In this document: in pieces, positions 14,346 to 23,684 of the stretch
Position numbering within the stretch: position 1 is the first letter of the stretch
Layout of the letters: every line of letters begins with the position of its first letter
From: an uncultured archaeon
Lineage (GTDB): Archaea > Iainarchaeota > Iainarchaeia > Iainarchaeales > JAAZKV01
DNA: 32,000 nucleotides
Direction of reading: 5' to 3'
NCBI GenBank assembly: GCA_964551375.1
Contig: CAZKBG010000001.1
Location: 715,229-747,228 of the forward strand
The notes under the pieces: generated by a model
Database searches by the model: none
Told to the model about the DNA's origin: nothing
The model's input: the letters and a program-made list of their open reading frames with translations, nothing else
Program-made: the position numbers and the translations under genes

Positions 14346-15197
14346 TTATTTTTTAATAGCCCTGATTCCAGAACTCTTCTCATGATATTTAATGTCAACA
14401 AACTTGTTTCGTTCAAGCATTTTCTCTATCGTTCGCCAAAACTCTTTTCCCTTGGTTTTACCTGGATTAGGGCAATAATGGTAAAGCACACCCCTTCTTT
14501 TCAGCACCCGGTTAAGCTCGGCGTAGAATTCATCAGTATAAAGCTCCGGAGCGAACGAAACAGTAGGCGGATCATGAATAATTCTATCAAAATAGTTACT
14601 CTCAAGCGATTTTATCCCCTCAAACACGCTTTCATTCTTGATTTCAATTTTTTTGTTATCAAAAAGCCCTTGTGAATAAGGATTATACTCACAAACTCTA
14701 AACATATTTTTATCTCTCTCAAAAGCCATTACTTTTTCAACCGCCGCGCCGTTAGCTGCACTAGTAGCAGTGTATCCCAACCCACAGCAAGTATCAAGAA
14801 TATTCCCTCTTAACGGCTCAATTTCCTTAATTTTTGTAATAGTGTCCTCTTTTGGAGAAAAATGTCTAAATCGGTGCATTGGAACTGAAGAAAGCATCAC
14901 AGTCGGCCAGTCTTTAGTAGGTTTTAATTTGTAATATAAGTTAGTGTCTTCACCAAAAAATTCAATTTTTTTTAAATCCTCACTTTCAAGAACATAACAA
15001 GCGTCATCTTTGACTTTTTTGAGCGGGGCAAGTTTAAGTTTTTCATCTCCAATAACAGCAAATTCACCAGTCAATTCAACTGTTTGAAAAGTTTTTCCCA
15101 AGTCAAAACTAAGTGAAACGCTGGTTTGTCCAAGTTTTTGAGCATTAAGCAGTTTAATTGCTTCTTTTTTTGTTAAAATGACTTTAGCAAGCGCCAT
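14346..15197 (-). CDS. SAM-dependent methyltransferase (DPPx-type, predicted archaeal RNA/N-methyltransferase)
   Basis: Motif I ILDTCCGLGY and motif IV IIHDPPT. The ATG is at 15195-15197; the tracked start is TTG. Confidence 0.7.
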   Translation of the reverse strand: MALAKVILTKKEAIKLLNAQKLGQTSVSLSFDLGKTFQTVELTGEFAVIGDEKLKLAPLKKVKDDACYVLESEDLKKIEFFGEDTNLYYKLKPTKDWPTVMLSSVPMHRFRHFSPKEDTITKIKEIEPLRGNILDTCCGLGYTATSAANGAAVEKVMAFERDKNMFRVCEYNPYSQGLFDNKKIEIKNESVFEGIKSLESNYFDRIIHDPPTVSFAPELYTDEFYAELNRVLKRRGVLYHYCPNPGKTKGKEFWRTIEKMLERNKFVDIKYHEKSSGIRAIKK

Positions 15198-15301
15198 AAT
15201 CAATTATAGTGCGGATAAAGGTTTATATACTACTTTTGCAGCAATATATATGGAGCTATTTTTAAGGAATTTTTCCAAGGAAATACTAAAGGTGAGCTAG
15301 A

Positions 15302-15538
15302 ATGAGCAACGTATTGCTTGACTTGAATGTCGATGAGGAGCTAAGACTACAGCTTTTGGCGCAAGAGCAGAAAATGAGATCAAAGCAGCCAGAGGCATGG
15401 ACTAAGACAAAATTCAGAAAATATGCTAACTTTGGCAGAAACAGAAAGAAAACTGCTGAAGAAATTCTAGGTATTGAGCCAAGAATGGATAAATCTGATT
15501 CAAAAACTGCAAAAACAAAAACTGCAGCAAGGAAATAA
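15302..15538 (+). CDS. small basic protein (78 aa)
   Basis: ORF track. AAGGTGA lies 6-7 nt upstream of the ATG. The tail reads KSDSKTAKTKTAARK. Confidence 0.5.
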   Translation: MSNVLLDLNVDEELRLQLLAQEQKMRSKQPEAWTKTKFRKYANFGRNRKKTAEEILGIEPRMDKSDSKTAKTKTAARK

Positions 15539-15546
15539 TTAATTTG

Positions 15547-15572
15547 TTTTTTGAGGCGCTGTGCCTCAAAAA
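15547..15572 (+). terminator. stem-loop ttttttgaggc-gctgt-gcctcaaaaa
   Basis: Perfect stem of 9-10 bp, located 9 nt after the 15538 stop. Confidence 0.45.
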
Positions 15573-15688
15573 CAACTCCTCAAAATTTTCATAACTTCTC
15601 TTTCGCTAAAGCTAGCGCTAAACAAAAAGGATTTATTTAGTTTTTTTCAACCAGGCAAAATTGCAATTAACTTTTAGTTGGCTTATAA

Positions 15689-15979
15689 TTACTTGATCAC
15701 TTCAATTTTTCCCTGTCTTCCAGCGCTGATCTGTAGTTTTCCTTTATATTCGGAAACCCATCCGCCGGTAATTTTTACTTTATCCCCGTTTTGAAGCTTT
15801 TTGTAGTCTTCATTCCAAAGAGTAAGCGAAACTTCAACACCTTCTTCATCCTTAACTGCCGCGTTACAAACAGTTCCCTGCCCCTGCGCACTCGCAAAAG
15901 CGCGCGGCTCACCCATAGAAACAACTTCAACAATCATTTCATCAAATGGAGTTTTTGGTTTAAGATCTTTAACAAGCAT
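15689..15979 (-). CDS. single OB-fold ssDNA-binding (SSB/RPA-like) protein
   Basis: VKDLKPKTPFDEMIVEVVSMGEPRAF...GTVCNAAVKDEEGVEVSLTLWNEDYKKLQNGDKVKITGGWVSEYKGKLQIS is the classic short archaeal OB-fold SSB pattern. The start is trimmed to ATG 15977-15979. Confidence 0.7.
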   Translation of the reverse strand: MLVKDLKPKTPFDEMIVEVVSMGEPRAFASAQGQGTVCNAAVKDEEGVEVSLTLWNEDYKKLQNGDKVKITGGWVSEYKGKLQISAGRQGKIEVIK

Positions 15980-16099
15980 TACAACACCCAAAATAATTCT
16001 TTCCAAAATCATTATAAAACAAACTCGTTTTGCTCCAAAACATCTTTTTTGCTTTTGTAAGATTTATATTGCTTATTATTCATGATATAATTGATAAAA

Positions 16100-16711
16100 A
16101 TGGGCTTTTTGTTTTTAGATATAGAATCCTTTGTGGACCCAGAGGATGAAAATTCAGGGCTTAATCCTCACCACGCTAAGAGCAAAGTCCTTGTAATCGC
16201 TTACAATTACTATTCAAGCCTGAGCCCGCCAAATTCTGACACAATAAAAGAGCCGTCTTTTTTGTTTGAATGGGAAATCGGCTCCGAAAAAAAACTTCTT
16301 GAAGAATTTTTTAAAATTTTAAAGCAAATACACAATAAAGACAATTTTTTGAAAATTGTGGGCTTCAATCACATAGTTTACGACTTAAATTATCTTTACT
16401 CAAGAATGGCTCACCACGAAGTTGCCTCAAAAAAAGAATTATTCAATCTGCTTTATACTCTTCCAAGACACGTTGATTTAGCACAGCTTGGGATGGCGGT
16501 ATCAAAAGCAACAAAACACAGCGAGGATTTTAGAACAATCTCCCAAAAAACAATTAATGCCTACTATGACATCCCAATAAAAGAAGCAAGCGGCAAAGAT
16601 GTGTCAAAATTTTATTCAAAAAAAGAATTTGAGAAAATAAAAAAATACTGCAAAGAAGAATTTACCTTTGAACTTCTATACCAGAGTCTTTTACAAACAT
16701 TTCTTCACTAA
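16100..16711 (+). CDS. RNase H-fold 3'-5' exonuclease (PolB-exonuclease-domain-like, DEDD type)
   Basis: FLDIES (Exo I DxE) and GFNHIVYDLNYL (Exo II). The ATG is at 16100; the tracked start is TTG at 16091. Confidence 0.6.
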   Translation: MGFLFLDIESFVDPEDENSGLNPHHAKSKVLVIAYNYYSSLSPPNSDTIKEPSFLFEWEIGSEKKLLEEFFKILKQIHNKDNFLKIVGFNHIVYDLNYLYSRMAHHEVASKKELFNLLYTLPRHVDLAQLGMAVSKATKHSEDFRTISQKTINAYYDIPIKEASGKDVSKFYSKKEFEKIKKYCKEEFTFELLYQSLLQTFLH

Positions 16712-16847
16712 TTTTTTTAATTTTCTTTTGAAAAACAAATTCACTGATTAACTATCAATAATTTAATGAAAATTTTCTGCGCGTCCAGAATTTTGTAAAT
16801 TAAAGCAAAGTATTTATACTCCATTTTCCTATTCCCCTTGACCTAAA

Positions 16848-16967
16848 ATGAGCGAATCATCTTGCCTAGGAAGAGAAATAGTTTTATGCAAAGTTCTTGA
16901 GTCAAAAGGAAAAAACCTTGACGACTCAAGCGCAGCGTTCATGAAGAACCTGAAGAACTTTAAATAA
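16848..16967 (+). CDS. candidate small protein (39 aa) or small RNA
   Basis: My translation: MSESSCLGREIVLCKVLESKGKNLDDSSAAFMKNLKNFK. TATA-like tatttata (16811-16818) lies 30 nt upstream of the ATG. There is an internal 8-bp stem, cttgagtc..gactcaag (16896-16930). Confidence 0.3.
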   Translation: MSESSCLGREIVLCKVLESKGKNLDDSSAAFMKNLKNFK

Positions 16968-17021
16968 AATTAAATTATCTTTTTTATTCTATTTTTAACT
17001 CTTTTTGAATACAACTAAATC

Positions 17022-17513
17022 ATGAAAATCGCAATAACAGGCACGCCCGGGTGCGGAAAAACAACTCTTGCAAAACAACTCGGCGAAAAGTACGGGCTCA
17101 AAGTAATAAACGAAAAAGACTTTGCCCTAAAGAATTCTATTGGAAAATTTAATGACGAAAATGAGCTTGAAATCCCGATTGATGCTTTTGAAAAAAAAGT
17201 AAACGCATTTCTCCAAAAAAACGACAATGTTTTATTTGAAGGGCATGTTTTATGCGAAGCAAAATTAAAAGTTGATTTTGTTCTCTTGATTACAATAAAT
17301 CCAGAAGAGCTTGAAGCAAGGCTTGAACAGCGAAACTATGCTCCATCAAAAGTAATGGATAATGTATTCTGCGAAGGAATAGAATACTGCAAAAAACACC
17401 TGCTTAGAAACTACCCAAAAGACAAAATACTTCAAATCACCTCAAAACCAGCTCAAAAGCTTACTTTTGCCGAGGCTGTGCGCGAGATAAACTCAAAAAA
17501 TTCCAAAAAATAG
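17022..17513 (+). CDS. Fap7/AK6-type adenylate kinase-like NTPase (small-subunit rRNA maturation factor)
   Basis: MKIAITGTPGCGKTTLAKQL P-loop, ..FEGH.., and RLEQRNY lid-like segment. The 163-aa size fits. Confidence 0.75.
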   Translation: MKIAITGTPGCGKTTLAKQLGEKYGLKVINEKDFALKNSIGKFNDENELEIPIDAFEKKVNAFLQKNDNVLFEGHVLCEAKLKVDFVLLITINPEELEARLEQRNYAPSKVMDNVFCEGIEYCKKHLLRNYPKDKILQITSKPAQKLTFAEAVREINSKNSKK

Positions 17514-17587
17514 CAATTTTCTGATTTTTTGAGCTTTATGGAATATTTTAAAGCTTATTCAAGCACAACCTAATGTAGTGTTTGGGC

Positions 17588-18760
17588 ATGAAAGCAATAT
17601 TTAATGTATTATTTTTAGTAACTTTAATCTCTTTAGCCCTCAGCGCATTTGCATATGAAGTGCCACTGTCAGAATTTGGGTTCACAGAAATATCTAATAC
17701 TACTAATTTTACAAAATCATGCAAAGAACTAACCCTTGAAGTTCCGCAAGACATACTTTCATCAGAAGGCGGAGCGCCAATTTTATCCTTAAACGCAAAT
17801 TTCTTTAACTATTCAAGCGACACAAGCTATGTTTCCGTTTCAATCAATAATTCAGAAGAAAATGTAATCTGGCCAGAAAGCTTTTCATGCACAGACAGCT
17901 GCTTTGCAAGAATATTTTTGCCAGAGCTTGAAAAAGGAGCTACTCAAGTTAATATTTGCACAATTCTTGGCGGAAAAACAGATGGAATTGAGGTACTTGA
18001 AAACTCAAAAATAGGTTTATACAACACTCCAGTTCTAACAATAAAAAATTCAGCCCCTGGGGTAGTATACCTTGGAGACAGGGCAAAAATGACAACAACA
18101 GTTACAAATGAAGGAACAAAAGCATCAATGATAAGAGTTCAATTCATACATCCAGACACAAGAGCGGCAGTTAATATCACAAGCTTTGACATTGTTGATG
18201 GAGAAAGCTATGCAGTAACAACAATTTCCCCAGGCGAAACCAAAAACTTTGTTTACTACATCAAGCCAACAGTGCTTGGATTATACAACCTGCCTTCAGC
18301 AGCAATGTTTTTCAAAAACGTGTTCGGAGAAAACCAGTTTATGATAAGCAATCACCCAATGATGTCAGTTCAAACAAGAAAACAAATCGAAGTATCCCTA
18401 ATAGCGATAAACGACAGCGAGCCAAGAACATTCAAAGCAATAATAAAAAACAACCTTGACCAAGCATTCAGCGGATTTATTACAGTTTCGCCGCAGACAA
18501 GCATTCAAGAAGCAATGCAGGAAGTAGAAGTTCCGGCAAACAGCGAAAAAGAATTGATTTTCCAATCTGATTTATTAGAGCAAGGGGACTATGAATTCTT
18601 TGCAACAATAAGAGACACAAATAATATTTACTCATCAAACAAGATTTCAGTGCAAGTGCAGAACAACTCGCTTCCAATCCAAATGATTCTTGCAATAGTT
18701 GGAATAATCGCAGGCGCGCTAATCTTCGCATGGATATATTTCTTAAGTGAAGGGAAATAA
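17588..18760 (+). CDS. secreted surface protein with CARDB-like module and C-terminal TM anchor
   Basis: Signal peptide MKAIFNVLFLVTLISLALSAFA, the module TTTVTNEGTKASMIRVQF, and the C-terminal segment LPIQMILAIVGIIAGALIFAWIYFL. Confidence 0.65.
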   Translation: MKAIFNVLFLVTLISLALSAFAYEVPLSEFGFTEISNTTNFTKSCKELTLEVPQDILSSEGGAPILSLNANFFNYSSDTSYVSVSINNSEENVIWPESFSCTDSCFARIFLPELEKGATQVNICTILGGKTDGIEVLENSKIGLYNTPVLTIKNSAPGVVYLGDRAKMTTTVTNEGTKASMIRVQFIHPDTRAAVNITSFDIVDGESYAVTTISPGETKNFVYYIKPTVLGLYNLPSAAMFFKNVFGENQFMISNHPMMSVQTRKQIEVSLIAINDSEPRTFKAIIKNNLDQAFSGFITVSPQTSIQEAMQEVEVPANSEKELIFQSDLLEQGDYEFFATIRDTNNIYSSNKISVQVQNNSLPIQMILAIVGIIAGALIFAWIYFLSEGK

Positions 18761-18769
18761 TTTCTAATT

Positions 18770-21700
18770 TTATATTTTTTCCCATTCTTCAGTGAGCTTT
18801 TCTCGCTTGTCTTTTTTTATTCGCTCTCCTGAATTAAACTTTTGCAGCAAAACTACTGCCACAACAATTATCAGCGCTATTGGAATAAATCCGGAATAGG
18901 GGATTGACTCTGACAAAGGGGCTTTTGAATTTAATAAAAGAAATGCGTCCGTAAATTTGTTTGAATCAATAAGCTCTTTGCTTTTGCTCACAATAGACTT
19001 ATCTTTTTTTGAGTCAACCGCTGAATTGAAAGCGGTTATAGTCTGGCGTTTGATTGAGTCAAACGCCGTTAAAAGTTCATCTTTAATTGCAAAAACAGTT
19101 TGAAGTTTGACTGACAAGTTTAAATCTGACAACGCAAGTTCATTCAAATTAAATTTTAATTGTTTTAACCTCTTTTCAGTAATTGGCTGAATAAATTTTG
19201 CATTTATCAGTTCAGACTCTTTTCCATAAAGCAGTGTTTCAAGGTTTTGTATGAGTTTGTTGCTGTCAGAAAGGAGACTCTTAAACTTTTTTTCTTCTTC
19301 TGGGGAAAAAGAGCTGTCTGTTTCAAAGCTTTTTTCTTTTTCAATCAGGAATTTATCAAATAGTCCTAATAATTGTGAGTATATTGAATAAGCATCTTTT
19401 TGAGATTTAATTAAAGCAACATCAAATTCATTTTTCTTTTTAACAAAATCGTTGAAAGTAAGGATAAGCGAAGCGGATTTGGTTTCTTTCATTATTTTTT
19501 GCATAGTTGCATGCATTTGCAAAACCCTTTTTTGCATTTCTGCCAGAATCTTAGTTTTTATTCCTGCTTCTTCTTTTTGCAAAGTATTTAATTGCGCCAA
19601 GCTATAATTTTCAATTGCTCCTGAACTGACTAATTCATTTAGTTCTTTTATTCGCTTTACGTCTTCAATAAATCCGATTGTCTCAAGCAGATTAACATCC
19701 GAATATAATTGTTTAAGAGTTGTCTCAATATTATTTTGCAGCTGGTTGGCAGTCAATTCATTTAATACAGTCAGTTTTTGGTTTTCAATTAAATTATTGT
19801 TTGATTCAATCTTTTTTGCAATTTCAATTAAACTTTTATCAAAAATTAAACTAATGAATTCGTTTGTCTTTTCTCCTTCAATAAGCATATTCTGCTCGTA
19901 AAAAAAATCCCGTTGTCTTTCTAAAATCAATTTATATGCCTCTTTTGAATCACTAACTTCAAAAGAAAGGGTAAAATATTTTTTTTCCTTTGGCAGAAAA
20001 TGGCTATTTTCAATAAACAGTTTATTTGCAAGCCTCTTATTTTCAATTTGGTTGAACGAATCTGTTTGGAGGGAGATGTTTTCAGCAAATTCAAGCTCGT
20101 CAATTTCGAACAGCAAGTCAGCAGCAAGGCTTTCAGGAAAAGTGCTTTGGGCAGTCAGCTCAAAAGTATACTTATCAAATCCGCTGCCAGAATCAATTTT
20201 TATTAAATTTGAACTTGTTTGAATAATTCCTGTTGTAAAAAAAGTTGCATAAATTTTTTTCTTAGTATCAAGAAGGGCGGGGCCAATTTCTAAAGTTGAT
20301 TTATTGATTGAATATAGGATTTCTTCATGTTCGTAACTGACCGCAACTTTATTTGTCTTGGGCGGGATTATGGTTGTTATTATTGCTCTTGCAAAGATAT
20401 TTTCAGGAATAAAACTTATTGTTCGTTGAATTATGCTTTCGTTGTTTGTCACTTTGATAAGCTCATCGCCCTCAACTTGTATTAAATTTGACTTTATTTT
20501 TATTTTAAGCGCAGTTGGCCCCGGGTTTGCGCAAATAAACACAATTTTTTGTCTTGAGAAAGGATCCTGTTGAATGCAAGAATTGTCTTCAAGGTAGGTT
20601 AGGAGAAAATTTAAGTCAATTTCAAAATATGTGTCGCTGTTTTTAATTGGGTTTGTGAAATACAACAGCCCTTCTTGTTCAAATCCTTCGCTTTTTTTAA
20701 TTATTGTGTTTGTGTCAAGAAGTATTGTGTAATTTGATTTTATTATCTTGCTTACACATTTATCCAAGAATTCATTTACTGTGATATTTTGTTCTTGTAT
20801 TGATTTTAGCAAAGTTTCCTCAATTCCAAGAATGTTTTCAATAATTATTTTTCCATCTGGTGAAAAATAATCATTATATTTAGATATTTTTTTTAACTGT
20901 TCTTTTGTTTCTGTCAAAAGTCCAGCGCCGGAGATAACAACGATATTTTGATTTAGTATATTTTCTGATTCCTTAAGTTTTGTGAATTCAAATTCAAGCT
21001 CTTTAATTTCCTTATTTTCCCCAATTTGCGCTTTTGCTTGATTGCTGATGGAAAGGCAATAATTAATGGCCCAGGGCAAATTTAATTTTGTTATATTTGT
21101 TTCTTTCAATTGGCTGTATTGTTCGCGGAGTTCGGGCATATTTTTATAAGAAAGCATCTTTTCCAGATTTGTTAAGCACTCTTGCGCCAATATTTTTTGA
21201 GCGGCAAGATATTCATCGTAATTAGATATTGCTTTCTCAAGCTCAAGTTTTTTAGCGACAAATTTTGCGCAATAATAAAGCTTTTCTTCATTAAGCGAAT
21301 TTTTTGTTTTCTGGGCAAAATAATACGCTTCGTCAGCAAGATCGCCTAAGTGGAAGTCTTCATCAGCAACGGGGTTTTTGTAGTTGCTGGCAATTTGCTC
21401 GCACTTGTTATAAGTTTGATCAAGCGCGTTTTCATTTATTATATTAACTTCTGCTAAAAGCGAATTTTCCGCCGCAAGAAGGTTTTTAATTTCAAAAACT
21501 CTTTCCCCAATGCCAACATCTTCTTTAGCAATTTTTTCCTTTAATTTAGCTATGTTTGTGCCGATTTGCAGGAGCTTTGTTTGGGGAGTTTCCTCTATGG
21601 AAACTACTTTTCCAAAAAGCAAACTGTATAATTTTGCGTGTTGTTTTAATGAGTTATATTCAGCAACTTTTTTTGAGCAAGCAACATATTTTTGTTCAAT

Positions 21701-22633
21701 ATCCTGCATGCCTGTTAATGAATATTTTTTTGTTGTGTTAAAATTATTGCTGGTTTTATTCATCAAATCAGAAAAGCGCTTAATGGCTGAATTATTGTTT
21801 CCCCCAATGTTTGAGTAAAGTTTCATAAAGTCATTAATTGGAAAGTTTTGCAGATTTAGAAGAGTTTCTCTGGTAAAAAAAGCATTTTCAAAATATGCTG
21901 CTAGTGAGCCAAATATTTTGCTGCTTTGGAAGTACTCTCCAAGCGTGCTTTCTTTGTGGTCAAAAATTATTAGTTTATCAAGATATGCAAACCCGGCAAT
22001 CCAAACAGGTGCTTTTTCTGCAGCTATTGGAAATCCTTTGGCCGCAGACGACTTAGTAAATTCAATAACTTTATTTTGGTAGTACGAAAAATATGTGTTT
22101 GAGTTTGTTTCTCCGCTGTTGAGTTCTGATATTATTTGGCGAAATTCTATTAATGAATAATATAATTCATCTTCTTTGATTAATTCAATATTTTCTTCAG
22201 AAAGCATTTTTTCTTCAGCTTTGATTATTTCAAAACTCTTTTTCATTGAATAGTCGAGCTCAATCAGCGCCTGCTGCATGTAATACCTTGATTGATTTAA
22301 TGGGGTTGAAAGGCCTTTTGCATTCCCTGTCTGGCAAAGTTTTTGGATAGTTTCAGTTTCTTTTATTGCTTTATTATGGAAAAACCAGCTTCTCGCAAGG
22401 CTGTTTTTTAGATCATAAAGCAGGCTTTCTTGCTCATACCCTAACTGGGTTTTGAACATTTCACTTACTTTTTCATAACAACTGCTTTCAGTTTCGCAAT
22501 AAGGCACATATGAATAGCTTTGGGTAGCAAGGGTGAAACATAGATTTTTTTGTGAAGAAGTCATTTGCGTACAGCCAAGCAAAAGAAGCAAAAAGACTGT
22601 GATTGCTATGCTAACTAAACCAAAATGCTTCAT
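18770..22633 (-). CDS. giant (1287 aa) coiled-coil-rich surface protein with lipobox signal peptide and C-terminal TM anchor
   Basis: MKHFGLVSIAITVFLLLLLGC (LLGC lipobox), long heptad-like K/E/L/N-rich stretches, and the C-terminal segment FIPIALIIVVAVVLLQKF followed by a charged tail. Confidence 0.75.
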   Translation of the reverse strand: MKHFGLVSIAITVFLLLLLGCTQMTSSQKNLCFTLATQSYSYVPYCETESSCYEKVSEMFKTQLGYEQESLLYDLKNSLARSWFFHNKAIKETETIQKLCQTGNAKGLSTPLNQSRYYMQQALIELDYSMKKSFEIIKAEEKMLSEENIELIKEDELYYSLIEFRQIISELNSGETNSNTYFSYYQNKVIEFTKSSAAKGFPIAAEKAPVWIAGFAYLDKLIIFDHKESTLGEYFQSSKIFGSLAAYFENAFFTRETLLNLQNFPINDFMKLYSNIGGNNNSAIKRFSDLMNKTSNNFNTTKKYSLTGMQDIEQKYVACSKKVAEYNSLKQHAKLYSLLFGKVVSIEETPQTKLLQIGTNIAKLKEKIAKEDVGIGERVFEIKNLLAAENSLLAEVNIINENALDQTYNKCEQIASNYKNPVADEDFHLGDLADEAYYFAQKTKNSLNEEKLYYCAKFVAKKLELEKAISNYDEYLAAQKILAQECLTNLEKMLSYKNMPELREQYSQLKETNITKLNLPWAINYCLSISNQAKAQIGENKEIKELEFEFTKLKESENILNQNIVVISGAGLLTETKEQLKKISKYNDYFSPDGKIIIENILGIEETLLKSIQEQNITVNEFLDKCVSKIIKSNYTILLDTNTIIKKSEGFEQEGLLYFTNPIKNSDTYFEIDLNFLLTYLEDNSCIQQDPFSRQKIVFICANPGPTALKIKIKSNLIQVEGDELIKVTNNESIIQRTISFIPENIFARAIITTIIPPKTNKVAVSYEHEEILYSINKSTLEIGPALLDTKKKIYATFFTTGIIQTSSNLIKIDSGSGFDKYTFELTAQSTFPESLAADLLFEIDELEFAENISLQTDSFNQIENKRLANKLFIENSHFLPKEKKYFTLSFEVSDSKEAYKLILERQRDFFYEQNMLIEGEKTNEFISLIFDKSLIEIAKKIESNNNLIENQKLTVLNELTANQLQNNIETTLKQLYSDVNLLETIGFIEDVKRIKELNELVSSGAIENYSLAQLNTLQKEEAGIKTKILAEMQKRVLQMHATMQKIMKETKSASLILTFNDFVKKKNEFDVALIKSQKDAYSIYSQLLGLFDKFLIEKEKSFETDSSFSPEEEKKFKSLLSDSNKLIQNLETLLYGKESELINAKFIQPITEKRLKQLKFNLNELALSDLNLSVKLQTVFAIKDELLTAFDSIKRQTITAFNSAVDSKKDKSIVSKSKELIDSNKFTDAFLLLNSKAPLSESIPYSGFIPIALIIVVAVVLLQKFNSGERIKKDKREKLTEEWEKI

Positions 22634-22749
22634 CTAAAGAAGCCCTTTTGTTTTCCTATAAAAACTTTAACAAAACTTCGACAGTTGTCAAGGTATTTGG
22701 TTTGGGCTGGCTGAGCTGTGGGGTGGTTTGTGAGTTTGTTTTAGTGGAA

Positions 22750-23100
22750 TTAGATGCCTTTTTCTTGATTCAAATCAAAGTTTATATCGTTTACTATGAC
22801 TGGAGTTTGGTTAATTAGCTTGCACTGTTTTGAAGCAGCTTTTGCATCAGGCAAAAGGCTATACAAGCAAGTGTTCTCTTTGTTTAATAAAGTCCTTATT
22901 TCAATGCAGTCCTGGCAGGGACTGTCCTTTGCAGCGCCCATTAACGGGTTGATGAATGAGTACTGGAGGTAGGCTCCGATTAGTATGCCAATTACAAGCA
23001 CAAGCAGGTAAAGTTTGGTTTTACTTAGTGCTTTTTTGACTTTTCCTGCGCCCTCTGGGATAAGGTCGTTGTATTCGTCGTTTGGATCTGCAAGTGACAT
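22750..23100 (-). CDS. small single-pass membrane protein with Cys-containing ectodomain
   Basis: ORF track. TM segment LYLLVLVIGILIGAYLQYSF and four Cys in the C-terminal part. Confidence 0.5.
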   Translation of the reverse strand: MSLADPNDEYNDLIPEGAGKVKKALSKTKLYLLVLVIGILIGAYLQYSFINPLMGAAKDSPCQDCIEIRTLLNKENTCLYSLLPDAKAASKQCKLINQTPVIVNDINFDLNQEKGI

Positions 23101-23226
23101 GAGTGATTAATGATTTTGCTTAATAAAAAACTTCTCTTTTAGTCCGAAAAATGCTGTTTTATTCAAATTCGCCATTACTTGGACAATTCATGCAACTATA
23201 CATAAGCGCCTTTTTTGACTTTGTCA

Positions 23227-23240
23227 TATTTCTTGGACAC
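23227..23240 (+). repeat. 14-nt core copy of the dispersed motif (TATTTCTTGGACAC)
   Basis: Identical to 10300-10313. A second CTTGGACA lies at 23178-23185, preceded by CATTAC. Both lie upstream of the PRC-barrel gene at 23366. Confidence 0.55.
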
Positions 23241-23365
23241 TTTTTTTCTTTCACTCTTGAAAATGAAAAAATACATAACGCGTTTTAAGTTCGCTTTCCC
23301 TTGGGGAAACCTTTATAAAGCAGTTAGTCTTTCTATATGTAAATTAGTTTTTGTAGGCGGTAAAT

Positions 23366-23641
23366 ATGTACAAATATACAATAGCGAGACAGCTTGCATC
23401 AAAGAGAATCATCACTAACAGAGGAGACGAAGTTGGCAAATTAGTTGACATAATCGTATCCGAACTTGGTGGAGATATCGAGTACTTGGTAGTTGAGGTT
23501 GACAGAAGTTCAAGATTACTATCAAAAATGGGCAAAGTTGACAAGCTAATCGAAGTTCCATACGCAGCAGTAACAGCCGTAAGCGACGTGTTCATTGTTG
23601 ACGAAAGGGAAATAATCGAAGATGCTGGAAGAAAAGAATAA
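23366..23641 (+). CDS. PRC-barrel domain protein
   Basis: ITNRGDEVGKLVDIIVSELGGDIEYLVVEV...LIEVPYAAV fits the PRC-barrel pattern. AGGCGGT precedes the ATG. Confidence 0.75.
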   Translation: MYKYTIARQLASKRIITNRGDEVGKLVDIIVSELGGDIEYLVVEVDRSSRLLSKMGKVDKLIEVPYAAVTAVSDVFIVDEREIIEDAGRKE

Positions 23642-23660
23642 AATTTAAAATTGACTTGCC

Positions 23661-23684
23661 AAGCTGCTGACTAGTCAGCGGCTT
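23661..23684 (+). terminator. strong stem-loop aagctgctga-ctag-tcagcggctt
   Basis: A 10-bp stem (one G:U pair) located 20 nt after the PRC-barrel stop. Confidence 0.45.

Noticed and set aside
15271-15285. Degenerate motif-like sequence (minus strand TATTTCCTTGGAAAA) upstream of the methyltransferase gene
   Set aside because: It needs a 1-nt insertion and a mismatch in the GGACA core, which is too weak to count as a fifth copy without a genome-wide model.
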